Source of the DNA: Tubiluchus corallicola
Lineage: Eukaryota > Animalia > Priapulida
Assembly (NCBI GenBank): GCA_030141605.1
Contig: JAQGDQ010000344.1
Span: forward strand, 1-64,000
Length of the DNA stretch: 64,000 bases
Direction of reading: 5' to 3'
Under the pieces are notes generated by a model. That model made no database searches. It was not told the DNA's origin and worked only from the letters and a program-made list of their open reading frames with translations. Each line of letters starts with the position of its first letter. The first letter of the stretch is position 1. A program made the position numbers and the translations under genes. Shown one piece after another: positions 1-30,600 of the stretch.

Positions 1-440
1 AAAACAGGCAACATCACAATCTGTGTCAGTTGATGAAAAATCACCTCCGAGTCCCGGTACAATTTCGTGTAACTGAAAATACAAATGATCAATCACTTAA
101 AGATGCAAAACATTCACAAGTGTCCCGTCTGCCTCTCACATTTAAAATTTTATTTTTTGTGTACAGATGTTTACACAATATGGCTCCAGGTTATTTATCT
201 AATTTTCTTAAAGAAAAAGCTTTCTCAGTTTGCACACATTTCAGTCTTCAGGTTGAACAAGGCATCACTCTAGATGAACCATTTAATCGTACCCCGTAAA
301 ACTTTCGCACGCAAATAGACGTTTTTCAGTAGCTCTCCCAAGAGAATGGAACAAACTCCTACTGGATTTGTATTGCTGTACTAAATTCGATGGGTTTAAG
401 AAAAGGCTCAAGATTCGCTTGTTCATTTTAGCCTTTTCAA
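1..440 (+). mobile_element. L2/CR1-clade LINE 3' remnant
   Basis: Disrupted C-terminal RT tail motifs FKILFFVYRCLHNMAPGYLS, FSVALPREWNKL and DGFKKRLK. Confidence 0.75.
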
Positions 441-915
441 ACTAAGTTTGCTAATTTCATGTTGTGTACAGTGTCAGGTATTCACTGGGTTTTACTGTAA
501 TTTGTTTAAATCTTAATTAGAATGCTGATGCTTTTATTTAATTGTTGTTCAGCATTAACAGTGTGATATAAATTATGTGTGTGTGCGCGTATTGACAGGT
601 ATTGTATTACATCAGCTTAAGCACATTCAACAGAAAAATCTGTAGGAAAGCGTTTGCTCTTTTTTTCTTTCATGGTGTCCATGGTTCCTATTATCTTATT
701 TGATTTGTAGATGATTGTTGTTGATAGCAACTCAAGATTTAAAGGTAACAGAAAGTTTAATCGACTATAAGTAACATAAAATACAAAAATCAAGACAACA
801 GCAATGACAAAGCCGTGTTCTTCACACGCTTTCTGCTTAACTGAACTACTTACTACTATGTTTATACGCACCACAAAATAGTTCCTCGCGAGTCAATCGC
901 GTCAAAATCGTAATG

Positions 916-1536
916 TTAAAGCAAAACAATATCATTTTTCATATCCTACCCCATTTTGAAGTACGGTAAAATGTGTACATTGTAACGCATATAATGATGC
1001 CCAAAGTATTAAATATAATTAATTGATAAGTTAAAAACTTAATTAATGGTGAGGAAACCCAGCTAGCGATGACGTCACAACTGAACATAATTTTCAACAG
1101 CACAAACATTTCAAGAACGTCTTAAATGCGTTTGCGAAAGCAGAAATTGAAATACAGTGCTAATGTACAACATTCACTGTAATATACAAAAACGCTGCAA
1201 ATTTTAAGATAAAAATTCAAGTTTCAAATTTACTGTGCCACGCATGAGCCCTCAAGAGTGTGTAGTTCGTCACAAACTAACACATCTGAACTGAGAGGTA
1301 CAGCACTTGTTTTTATGCAACATGTTTCCGAATTGTAGGAGCTATTGCCTGTCTAACTAGCGAATGGCAGATGCATGTAACAGCGACGAACTAGTGGCAT
1401 GAACGTGAAATTGTGTTTGTGTGGTAACAATTCGTTCACGTAAGTGATTCTTTAAAAGCTCGCATGTTCCCTTTCAATATTTTAAAGAGTAGATTGCTTG
1501 ACCTACAGTTTAAGATTGGGTCCAGTTTTCCTTTAA
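916..1536. mobile_element. TTAA-flanked (Kolobok-like) MITE family B
   Basis: ttaaag...gttttcctttaa ends. Related copies at about 33267-33888, 42830-43270, 7060-7220, 8400-8466 and, more diverged and reversed, 62507-63071. Confidence 0.7.
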
Positions 1537-1719
1537 CAAACAACCAAAGATAAACAAACACACAATAAATGTTTGGATTGTGATGCTAAACTTTACATCT
1601 ACTGTTCTCTACGCTTGCATTTATTCTTCACCCCAAATTGTTGATACAATTTTTATTCTATTAGAAAACATGTTCAAAATTGCTTTACGTTCTTACGGTT
1701 TTCGTACTTTAATACAATC

Positions 1720-2256
1720 TTAAAGGAAAGAACAAGTCACTCAGTATGTTGGGTTTATTTTACTGTTTTCACCTAAACTTAGAAAAATATAAAAAAAAAA
1801 TTGTAAAAAACTGTCTATAAAGCATAAAGTTAAAATATACTACCTCTGAATAGAAATTTCCAGGTGTTGTAGTTGCCGCCATTCACTTAAAAATCATGAC
1901 GTAAATGAGAAACTTCGTGACTTTTCGTAAGCGCATTGTGGCTTTCCGTAAGCGCGCGCTGCTTAAACTAATTCAAACTTGTGCAGCTTACCTAATGTTC
2001 ATGCAAAAATGCAATCATTTTTTTTGTAAAAACTTGTTATACTTTTGACGAAGAATGACAGTGTGCTAGTTTTCTTCAATGACGTCATTGGCAGAAGAAT
2101 GGGCATTGAAAATGAGAGTGCCAACATGAAGTGACTGCGACTCTAAAGTGATTTTACTAATTACATAAGGTGCTTATGGCAGCTTTATTACTAAATGGAT
2201 TTTTACTTGAACAGCGAAATAAGCCTAACCTCTTAGAAGCTTGGCCCTTCCTTTAA
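1720..2256. mobile_element. TTAA-flanked (Kolobok-like) MITE family C
   Basis: TTAAAGGAAAG...CTTCCTTTAA. A full inverted copy lies at 61149-61697 and a partial relative near 15410-16100. Confidence 0.8.
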
Positions 2257-2319
2257 CTTGAAAGAGGAAGGCAATATGGGTTAGCACATCTTAATCATTA
2301 GATAGTACTAAGAACTTAC

Positions 2320-21086
<18,767 letters not shown>

Positions 21087-21240
21087 CTTAATGCCTGTCA
21101 TAATAATTTTTTTTTCCTGCAGGTACACGTAACATGAGCTGCTGAAATGTAAACATGTCATATACATTCACACTTTACCATAGCTGACAGTGGTATTTCA
21201 ACAGTACTCACTAATGCTGCACAAAAACTACTCTAATATA

Positions 21241-21775
21241 CAGTAGGCTTCGCTTCATAGACTCACTTCGGGACCGAAGTATTCTGACCCAATTAACCGA
21301 CTGAACCTATAACCGATGGTTGTAGTATTACTGGCATAGAAGTATGAGTCACCAGTTTACTATACACTGCAAAGGTTTTTAATAAATTTTAGAAACGAAG
21401 TAATGCCTAAATTCCTTTATGCATTAAGTTATGCATTATACATTAAGTTAAAAATGATTACAAAATACTTTAAAATATTAATTTATATATGAATTAGCAA
21501 TAAATTAAAAATTGTACTTTTCTAAATCACACAAGTCTATTTATTTGCAAAAATTACAAAAAATCCTTCAAAGTCGATGACATAAAAGTAGGAAAGGCTC
21601 ATTGGACACATACAAATGTCTTATTTTAAGTACATGAAGGAAAAATATTGAGTCAATTATGCGGAGTTATTTGAGTTAATTACCGATAGTTTTTATCTAT
21701 ATTTGAATAGAAGTGGCCCCTTCCAGGCATTTTTGAGTCAATTAAGCAATTGAGTCTATTAAGCGGCGTCTATTG
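21241..21775. mobile_element. pogo/Tigger-like MITE family H
   Basis: TA|cagtaggcttcgcttcatagactca ... tgagtctattaagcggcgtctattg|TA. Confidence 0.8.
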
Positions 21776-22269
21776 TAATGTGAAATTTAGACCAGCTTAA
21801 GACTTCTACTTCAGCAAAGTACTCGAAACTTCAACACACTGACAGGGCACACATGTGCAATCACGTGCATATCAATTTCATGTGCACCTCACAACAGACA
21901 AGATAACGAGACTGATTCTAGATTGCGATCGCGATACTCGACTCTCTCCACCTTTATAGGGTGCAAAGTCTATTCTTCTATAACGCCGATCTTTTAGTCG
22001 TCTTTTCCAAATTGAGTGGCTAGGCTAGTATCCTCCAAATTCTAGGCTGTATCCTAGGCTATTTCTGTAGGCCAACAACAGAAAGGATTAAATGACGAGC
22101 ATACTGATACTAAAGATCATGGATTTAACGCGAAGGACAAAGACTTATTTTAACTTAAAGCGCCTTAAACTCTAGACTAACACTAGTAACACTAACACTA
22201 CAGCCTACAGGTACTGTGTAATGACTTGTCGCACACGGAAAGGCCCACAGTCAATTTTTGTCTGTCTTT

Positions 22270-22520
22270 TCTTACAGAAGTTTCCGTTAAATGTTACGAA
22301 AACGGTTGTATTACCGAAACTCCGCAAAAAACAATAATTAATAAGAGAAAATCACAAAACACCGACAAACCTTCGCAATTCACATGCTCTATTTCTCGTT
22401 CACATTTCGTCCTCTTGGCTGTTGCAACTGCACGAGCGATGATGATAAACGCATGAAATTTTGAATTCAATTTTAAAGAATTACTTTACCAGCGCGCCGC
22501 GACCGCCATACGATTCACCA
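22270..22520 (-). promoter_or_regulatory. Candidate Miro promoter and non-coding first exon
   Basis: CpG-rich patch gcgcgccgcgaccgccat. Candidate donor GTAAGA at 22275 could pair with the acceptor near 21142. Confidence 0.4.
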
Positions 22521-23672
22521 CAGACGATAGTAGGAGACGAAATTTGAAGTTTTATTATTATCAAAAGTGTCAACTTCAGTTCTCAGGACATGGGTGGAAC
22601 TATTTAGAGAGTAACCAATAATAATAATGCTTGGAATTATTGTCTTAAAAATTATTTACTTACTTACTTCGAGCACACACTGAATCACAAAGTGATGAAA
22701 ATATTTTTACAAAAAAACTACCACATCACAACTGTGAGTTTCCATGATTTAGGCATTCAGAAAGAAAGTTCCAATCATCACACATTTTTTGGTAAAGCTG
22801 AAACTTGGCAAACTGGGCAGCGAAGCAATTACACATGAATTGTTTTTGCCAACAACACTATCTGGTCTCAGTCTTTTGTTGTTTGGTCTCTATCACAGCA
22901 GTTCCCATACCAATGATAATGTCCCTAGATATCACACATAGATATTGTTCTTCTTATTATTGCCCCCTAACATACATTTTTTATTTTGTCATATTTTTAG
23001 TGTATTATAGTAATTATATGTTCTATTGTATATGTACTTTTCTTGCTGAATAATATTTTAAGCATTACATATACATTGACATAAACGTACAAAATGACAT
23101 CAACATTAAAAAAGTTATTATAGTAATATCAATAATTTTTAACAAAAATAATGAATTTGCTTTAGCTGTAAAAAATAATTGTAATTTTTTATTATTGCAC
23201 TATTACATATAAATTACATAAACACACTATAACGTCTATTAAACACTTTTTATGAACACTCTTTTAAGTGAAACAATGTAGTTTGCAAATAAAGATTAAT
23301 TCTCTAATACAAGAATAACAACAACAGTAGAACATGGTTACAATGAGACGTTAGTGACAATGGTTACTTTTTCTTTTTGTCTTATTTTGCATTGCCTTAA
23401 ACAGGTAATGAAAAGTAATTGCACTTACATATTTAGCATAATTTTTATAGTACGTAACTATATACGTAGTTACTAAAATGCTTTTTTTGTTCCAGCAACA
23501 GAAGTGATTAAAAAATGCAGACCATTTACTTAATTGTTAACAGTATATCAAAACTATTCAGACAGCTGTTTTATTATGATATTTTATAATGATAATTTAA
23601 TAATCATATTAAAATCATATTATATAATGATCATATAATTTTATATTATTATAATTTATATTCATATTCTAT

Positions 23673-24399
23673 TGTGTGCTTGCAAATCAAGGCCGTCCAA
23701 AAGTTGGCGTAGTTAAAACTACGTTATGATGCTTCAAAGTAGAATGCACTAAAATTTGGTCAAAGGTTATTTTTTTGTTTTTTGATAAAAACAAATGCTA
23801 AATATATTGGACATTTATATTCTATGTCAAATTATCTAGAAAATCTTCAAAAATACTAAGAATTAAATTTTATAATTCCATACCCACTTCTCTGGCTAGA
23901 AGCAAGCATCGCAATTGTAAAAAACTTGTACTTTCAAACTCTGATAGTAGCTCATGGAAGCAGTTATCCTAGGTTCAGGTTTTTTCTGCTGCCAAGCCCA
24001 GATCTTCGTCACGAAGAGCCACCTACTGGATTTAAACATAACCTCAATCTGTTCTTACAAAGTCCGTAGGAACCAACATTTGTACGATTAGTAGAAACAC
24101 GACTGAATTTAAACATAACTTCAATGTGTTCTTACGAAGTCCGTAGTAACCAACATTTGTGCGATTTGTAGAAACACGACAAAATAACAAAGACTAACTT
24201 TAACAGCAATTTTTTCAAGATATATTTTCAGTGCGCAGCTTGCATCTCAAATCCAATGTGGATTATCTCGGCTTAGAAATAATGTAGGGTGATGAACTTG
24301 GTATCAAAACGATCCTGATGAAATGGAGATTCAGGACATGTGAGTAACTAGAAAAGCTTAATTGCTGACTTATGAACGATTTTGTTATGCAAGCACACA
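23673..24399. mobile_element. MITE family A copy with an internal ~78-bp tandem duplication
   Basis: TIRs tgtgtgcttgc / gcaagcacaca, AT flanks; duplication at about 24027-24180. Confidence 0.9.
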
Positions 24400-24499
24400 A
24401 TTTATGTTAGACATAATTTCACTACATTTTTACTAAGTGCCTGTAAGATTACGAGGAAATGCCAAAGTAAAAAATCAAAAATGCCTGGCCTTTATTAGG

Positions 24500-24640
24500 T
24501 CACGGGCTGGCTTTTGCTTTTTCTCTATAAACTAATTCCAAGTATTCTCTGGTCTTCTTCACATATTCACTGGCGTACGATATTTCTGTAAATATCTGTG
24601 ATAAGTCACTCCCATTTGATAAAGTCAGAAGTTTCACCGC
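24500..24640 (-). CDS. VWA3A: VWA3A last coding exon
   Basis: AVKLLTLSNGSDLSQIFTEISYASEYVKKTREYLELVYREKAKASP*; AATAAA follows 3 nt after the TGA. Confidence 0.8.
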   Translation of the reverse strand, partial: AVKLLTLSNGSDLSQIFTEISYASEYVKKTREYLELVYREKAKASP

Positions 24641-27600
24641 CTGAAAAAATTAATAAAATTCTACTTAATATCGCAAACAACAATCGATAAGCTAGGTCAA
24701 AGCCTATATAACCCCAACAGACATTGACGGTTTTTAATGCATTATTATGATTACACAAAAATTCATAGTTATTATTAAACAAAAGACACGTATAAATTAA
24801 ATAACCTTTTTCTGGTGAATTTTGAACGTATCTATTGCCATAAAGATCGCCATGTTTCGCATTTTTGGTGCGAGAGAGTGAGAATGACGTACGAGGTACA
24901 GAAATCATCTTTGGTTTCTGATGTTTGTTTACTGATCTTTGGTGACCTTGTGACTGTACTCATAACGTCATTCGTCTCCTGCAACAAAACATGCCCGGTA
25001 TTTCAAATTAATACCGCTAACAACGAAGTGATAAAAAATCAAAAGAAGCCAGTTTTACAGTAAGTTTAAGATAAAAATAAATTGAATAGTGAGAGCAGGA
25101 TTTTAAGTTGAAAAAGGTTATATTATAGTGACAGTTTAGTTTGCCTTTAAAGCTCAACAGTGCAACAATTTGAGATGCATACCCATAGGTTCACAATATC
25201 TTACAAATTCCTTACCCGGCCTTTGAGAAAATCTTGCAAATTTGTGCGCAACTGGTCGGCTTCATCACTGGTGAGAGACTCATGATACCGGCCTCCTGTC
25301 AGACGAGACAAAGTCTTCAATGTCCGTAACAACTTCTTGCTCTTAATTAATGATTGGGGCATGGCGATGGTGTGAATAGGAATGCGTTTGTTGAAGACAG
25401 TCTTCTTATCATGCACTGTGGCTACGCAGTTTTCGTCTACGTTACCAGCCAAAAGGTAAACAGCATCAACTATCTGGCCTTGTAAAGCCACCTGTACAAG
25501 AAATTACAAAAATGAGCTCATGCGGTACTACAATTTTTTTTAATAAGCCTTTCGTACAGTTGCTGTATAGGTCAAAGGTTACGTGTACCTGAGCAACACG
25601 TCTTAACTATAACAGTCATGTGACTTGTATAAAGCAAAGCCGTTTGCCATGTCTGCTCAATAACTTAAATTCAGTTGTTCTACGTGGGCTTTACTTAATT
25701 TTGCATTAGTCTATGTGTAGAGTGATTCACTAGCAGGATCTTGCTAGGGAATAAGAAAAAAATGAACTAGGTAAGGTTCTAGCTAGGTGTTAAAATTGTT
25801 GCTATTACAACAGCATGGGCTGCGGGATTATCTACATTTTTATTCTACATTATCTACAAGACAAAACTGATAACCGAACACATAAGTCACATAAGACCAA
25901 TAATGTTAACATTTGATAATAGTTTATCAAAAAGTATGACAATTACTTTCAGTGCCTGCAGAATGTCAATGCCTTTTCCTGGCTGAAGTTTATGTATCCA
26001 GTCAGTGGCTTCTCTTTTAGCTTTTTCTGTTGATCTCTGCAGAGTTTCTTTCCATTTCACAGAATCATCAGAAAATGCAATAAGGTTAAACCTGAAAGAA
26101 CAACAATAAACTCAAAAAATGTACATTCCAACATTTTTTGATTTTCTTTAAAATGTAAAAGTATTGAAATAGATTTCACTAAATCAACCATCATTACTCT
26201 ATCTTCATTGTGACATTCTGGCAGAAAACAGCAGGTATCACAGGTAAGTCTTTGACATGAACAAGCTGTAAGAGTGCCACTACCACTTCCTGGATGAAAT
26301 CCATGTGTGCTATTTGATTCAAATATGAATAAAAAATGGCTGTACTTGTACGTAAACGGCATAGTGAAAATGAAATAGAATTTTTGAAGAAACTGCTCGG
26401 ATTAATGACCGTAAGTGTTTATTATGAATGCATAAATTATGTTTTAATAACAAAAGGCTCAATCAATGTTTACTTCAGGTGTATTCAAAGAGAAAATTTA
26501 TTTTAATCGAAAATTTTAACATCAGTGTTGCTATTGCTAGTATTAGCACATTATTGGCTCGATCTGTTCTGATATTGCAAGCTTGTTTGTCGATCTCTGA
26601 TTATATATCAGAACGGCATCTCCCTGGATGTCACCACTAATGAGTAATGCAAACATTTATGTGGACTGCACCAACCACCAGCTAGATGTTGCAAGAAATC
26701 ACTTTAACTCTGAAGTAGTTTGTAGCATTCATCAATCCAGTAAAACATTAGCAGTGTAATAACAAAAGCCCTACCAAGTTCGTTCCTGCCGTAGCTGATC
26801 CCAGAGCAGAACGGTTAGATCCTCTTTTAGTTGATCCAGGAACGAAGTTTGAGGAGAAGAGACATCAATTAAAATGCAGACTCTTTTCTCGGCTATAACA
26901 CCAAATGTCTTCCTACTCCCTGCAGGTAAGATCACAAGTGTTAGTTCATTTGTCATGCTTAATGAATACACTCACATCTCGGTTTGCAGGACGTAAGCGG
27001 GGAGGCATCGGTCAGAATTTGCTAATTGTCCATATTTCCTGATACTAAACTGATACAGTAGGCATCATGTATTAGACTCGTGGTAATGTAGAATCAATCA
27101 CCTAATTGTTTCAAAAACGTCTAGTACAGGCCGCTCCTGACATACAAGCTACATACGCGTTATTACATGCTGCTTGGATGTAATGATGTAAACAAAGTGA
27201 CGACCTGCCAAGTAGCAGTCAGCTGGGGAAACATGTGTTCGTAATATGCGGGACTTTTTCAGATTTTATCCGATTATTCCGAGATCGATAAAAGCGAGGT
27301 CCGGCAAACTGAGATATGAGTGTCTACCAAATGACTGTAAAATAATACTTTCAGTCAGAAGCACATTATTATACCTGCAAATGTTTTCAAGAACATTAGC
27401 ATATAATATTTTCGTTTTCTTCCAATTTGCTTATAGCAACTGTAACATACCTCACCACAGTAAGATTACTATCTATTTTATTGTACTTAATATACCTTCA
27501 CAGGATCGTAACAATATTATTTATTTGAATGGGCTACATAAAAATTAAGCAGAGAGAAAAAATGTGTGTTCCTTCTCATTTGGGCTACTGCCTGCCAATA

Positions 27601-30600
27601 GACACTAGAGCCAACACATCCCAATTGCATATTATAAGCACTATAACATTATATACCATTATAACAGCAATTCTTAAAGAAATTAGCATTTAGTTCCAAT
27701 TTCCAAAAAGGCTTCTAAATTGCAATAGTAGATATGTGTGCTTGTATAGCAAAATCGTCCATTAAGCTTTTCTAGTTATTTATGTATCCTGAAACTCCAT
27801 TTCAGGAAGATCATTTTGATACCAAGCTCATCACTCTATGTTATATTTGAGCTGTGATAATCAATGTTGAAGCTGAGGCACAGGCTATACACTGAAAAAA
27901 CATAATCTTGAGAAAATTGCTGTTAAAGTTAGCCATTGTTTTTTGTCACATTTCTACAAAACACTTAGCAACCGCACAAATGTTGGCTGCTATGGACTTT
28001 GAAAGAACACTTTGAAGTTATGTTCAAATCCAGTAGATGGCTCTTCTTGACGACAATCTGGGCTTAGCAACAGAAAAACACGTGAAGCAAAACGATAGCT
28101 TCCAAGAGCTACCATCGGAGTTTGAAAATACTAGTTTTTTTTTACAATTGCAGGACTAGTTTCTAGACAGAAAAGTGGATAAGGAGTTATAAAATTAAAC
28201 CCATAGTGTTTTTTGAACTCTTTCCTGATAACTTGATGCTAGAATATAAAAGTCCAATATATTTAGCATTGGTTTTTATAAAAATTGACAATTGACCAAA
28301 TTTTTGGGTCATTCTACTTTGAAGCATCATAATGTAGTTTTAACTACGCAAACTTACTGCCAGTTTTGGTTTGCAAGCACACATGAGGGAAAAGACCGAA
28401 CTCTCTTAATGTCAATCAGAACGGAGGAAAATGTAAAAACTTGAGTTTAAAAATTTATCTATAGCAGCTTCACCGTAAGTTTTTTCACAGATGACAATAT
28501 TTAGAAACTGGAATAGCAGCCTTACTATGTTTGGACTATGTAAATAAACTATGTTTGGAATATATTTTTTGAAATTAATAACCATTATGGAATTAATTAA
28601 AAACTTTTATTAACTAATCAGAAATAGAGCGTCTAACAATAAAAGCCAGCAGAATACCTGTTAACAGCCATAATGCACGCTGTACGAAACTCTGTAGTGC
28701 TGCTTCAACCTGGGTCAGATAAACAGTAACTTCATGTGGGAGAAATCGCAAATGCCGGATCTTTCCGTTAACGGATATGCTTGGTAACACACTGCAGTGC
28801 AGCTGCTCTATTGTCTTTGAATTGTCACGGTGATCATCGTCATGGCTGCAGACTGGTCCAAATGCAAACTTGTTGATGATTAGATTTTTTGACTTCAGAC
28901 CGTTTAACTTTAGCCACTGAAATGACAGTAAAACTGATAATGAGTGAAAGTCGAAAGCTTTTCATTTTATTGATCAAAACTCTGAAATAAACAATGCATG
29001 TTGTATCCATGATTAATGAAAGGTGCATACACACCAGATTGTAGCCATGCTATGCACATCTTCCCTTACGGTATTCAGGAAATTATACAATAAGTCCTCG
29101 CTTCACGACTCCCCGTTTAGCAACGTTTTGTTTTAATGACGCTGAACATTTGACACCTTTTCCTCACTTAACGACGCACCGTTTCACTTTAACGACGATA
29201 TTTACTTTGCTCAAACCTATTTTTTTATTTCATCATCTACTTTTTTATCTAATTTAAAGTATTAAAATGGTATATTTTACATTATTCTGTTCTAAAAATT
29301 TTCTACTACTATAAAACACTACAATCATTATATGTTTTTGCTTCCTGACAGACTACCTACTGAATGGTAGCCGTTTATGTCAAGCGAGTTCAATTTATAT
29401 GCTCCAGACACCAGGTTCAAACTTTATGTCAAGGAAATTTGTTTGCAACCTGTTTCTATAGAAACACGACTAGTACTACATTCATGAAATTGTACTGAGG
29501 AGCTAACTGCCTACGATAGGGCTTCAATGTTAACAAGAGAGAAACACCCAGCATGTCTAGCCAGGTATTGGTAAGAAAGATATGTAGTTTCAAGCAAACA
29601 GAAAGAAATTAAATCATTAGAAATATGAATAAAAACTCGTAAAACCAGATGATTTAAGCAGCATTGATTTTTGCCTCTGGAACATATCTCAATTCTACAT
29701 TATTTTCTGTGGAAGTCTTGGTTTCATTTAACGACGTTTCGCCTAACATCACATTTTGCTGGAAAGCGTTAGCATCATTAAGCGAGGACTTACTATGCAT
29801 AGTAAATAGCTAGGATCCAGTCCTGCCACAATAAAATTTTTAGTAAGTAGGTGCTGCTGTAATGCAGTTGAGTGCTGGATCTCAGTTTACGGTATGTTTA
29901 ACAGTAAAAACAAAATGCAGTGATATCTGGGTATACACTTAACACATAATACAGTAAACAGTAAACTATGTATAACTCGAACACCTTAGGACCGGAAAAT
30001 TTGTTCGAGTTATGCGAAAGTACAAGTTAGACGATGTTCGAAGAAAACAAGACTGAATCACTTAGCAACATTGGCCAATACACTAGTAACACTACAACCT
30101 GTGAAAATAACAAACTGAGCCTTTAATCAAATATCAAACAACAATTTTTATGGATAATCAAAAATGAAATGACTGATCAACCTCTATTGTAGTCTGAATA
30201 GCATGGTTAATAAAATATGGCAATAATAATATTGTGATCTACATTAAACCACGTTTGTTAAACCATGTTATGTGCATTGCTGCCAAATTACTCACTTCAT
30301 AACTTGTCATCTGAGATTCTTGTTTGCTAACTGTCTTCGTGGATGATGGAAGTGCTTCAGTTCTTACAGAAGAAGTAGAATTTACTCCTAGAGCCAATTT
30401 TTCTTCAACAGAGGCAGAATGAAGGACACGTCTACCACGGTCTGGAAGGTCCAATTTTGGAACACTTGGTGCAGTGTTTGGTCGCTGAGTGCTTTCAGCC
30501 ATTGATTGTGTGACCCTCTGAAATCAAAATCATATGCAAGGTAATTTAAGTGCAAGATAAACTATGGAAGGAGTTCGCAACTAGTCCAACCCTGACCCTA

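Noticed and set aside
28840-29034. Track ORF and the acceptor at 28982 as the VWA3A exon 16 start
   Set aside because: Wrong frame. The conserved WLKLNGL frame needs the acceptor at 28917.
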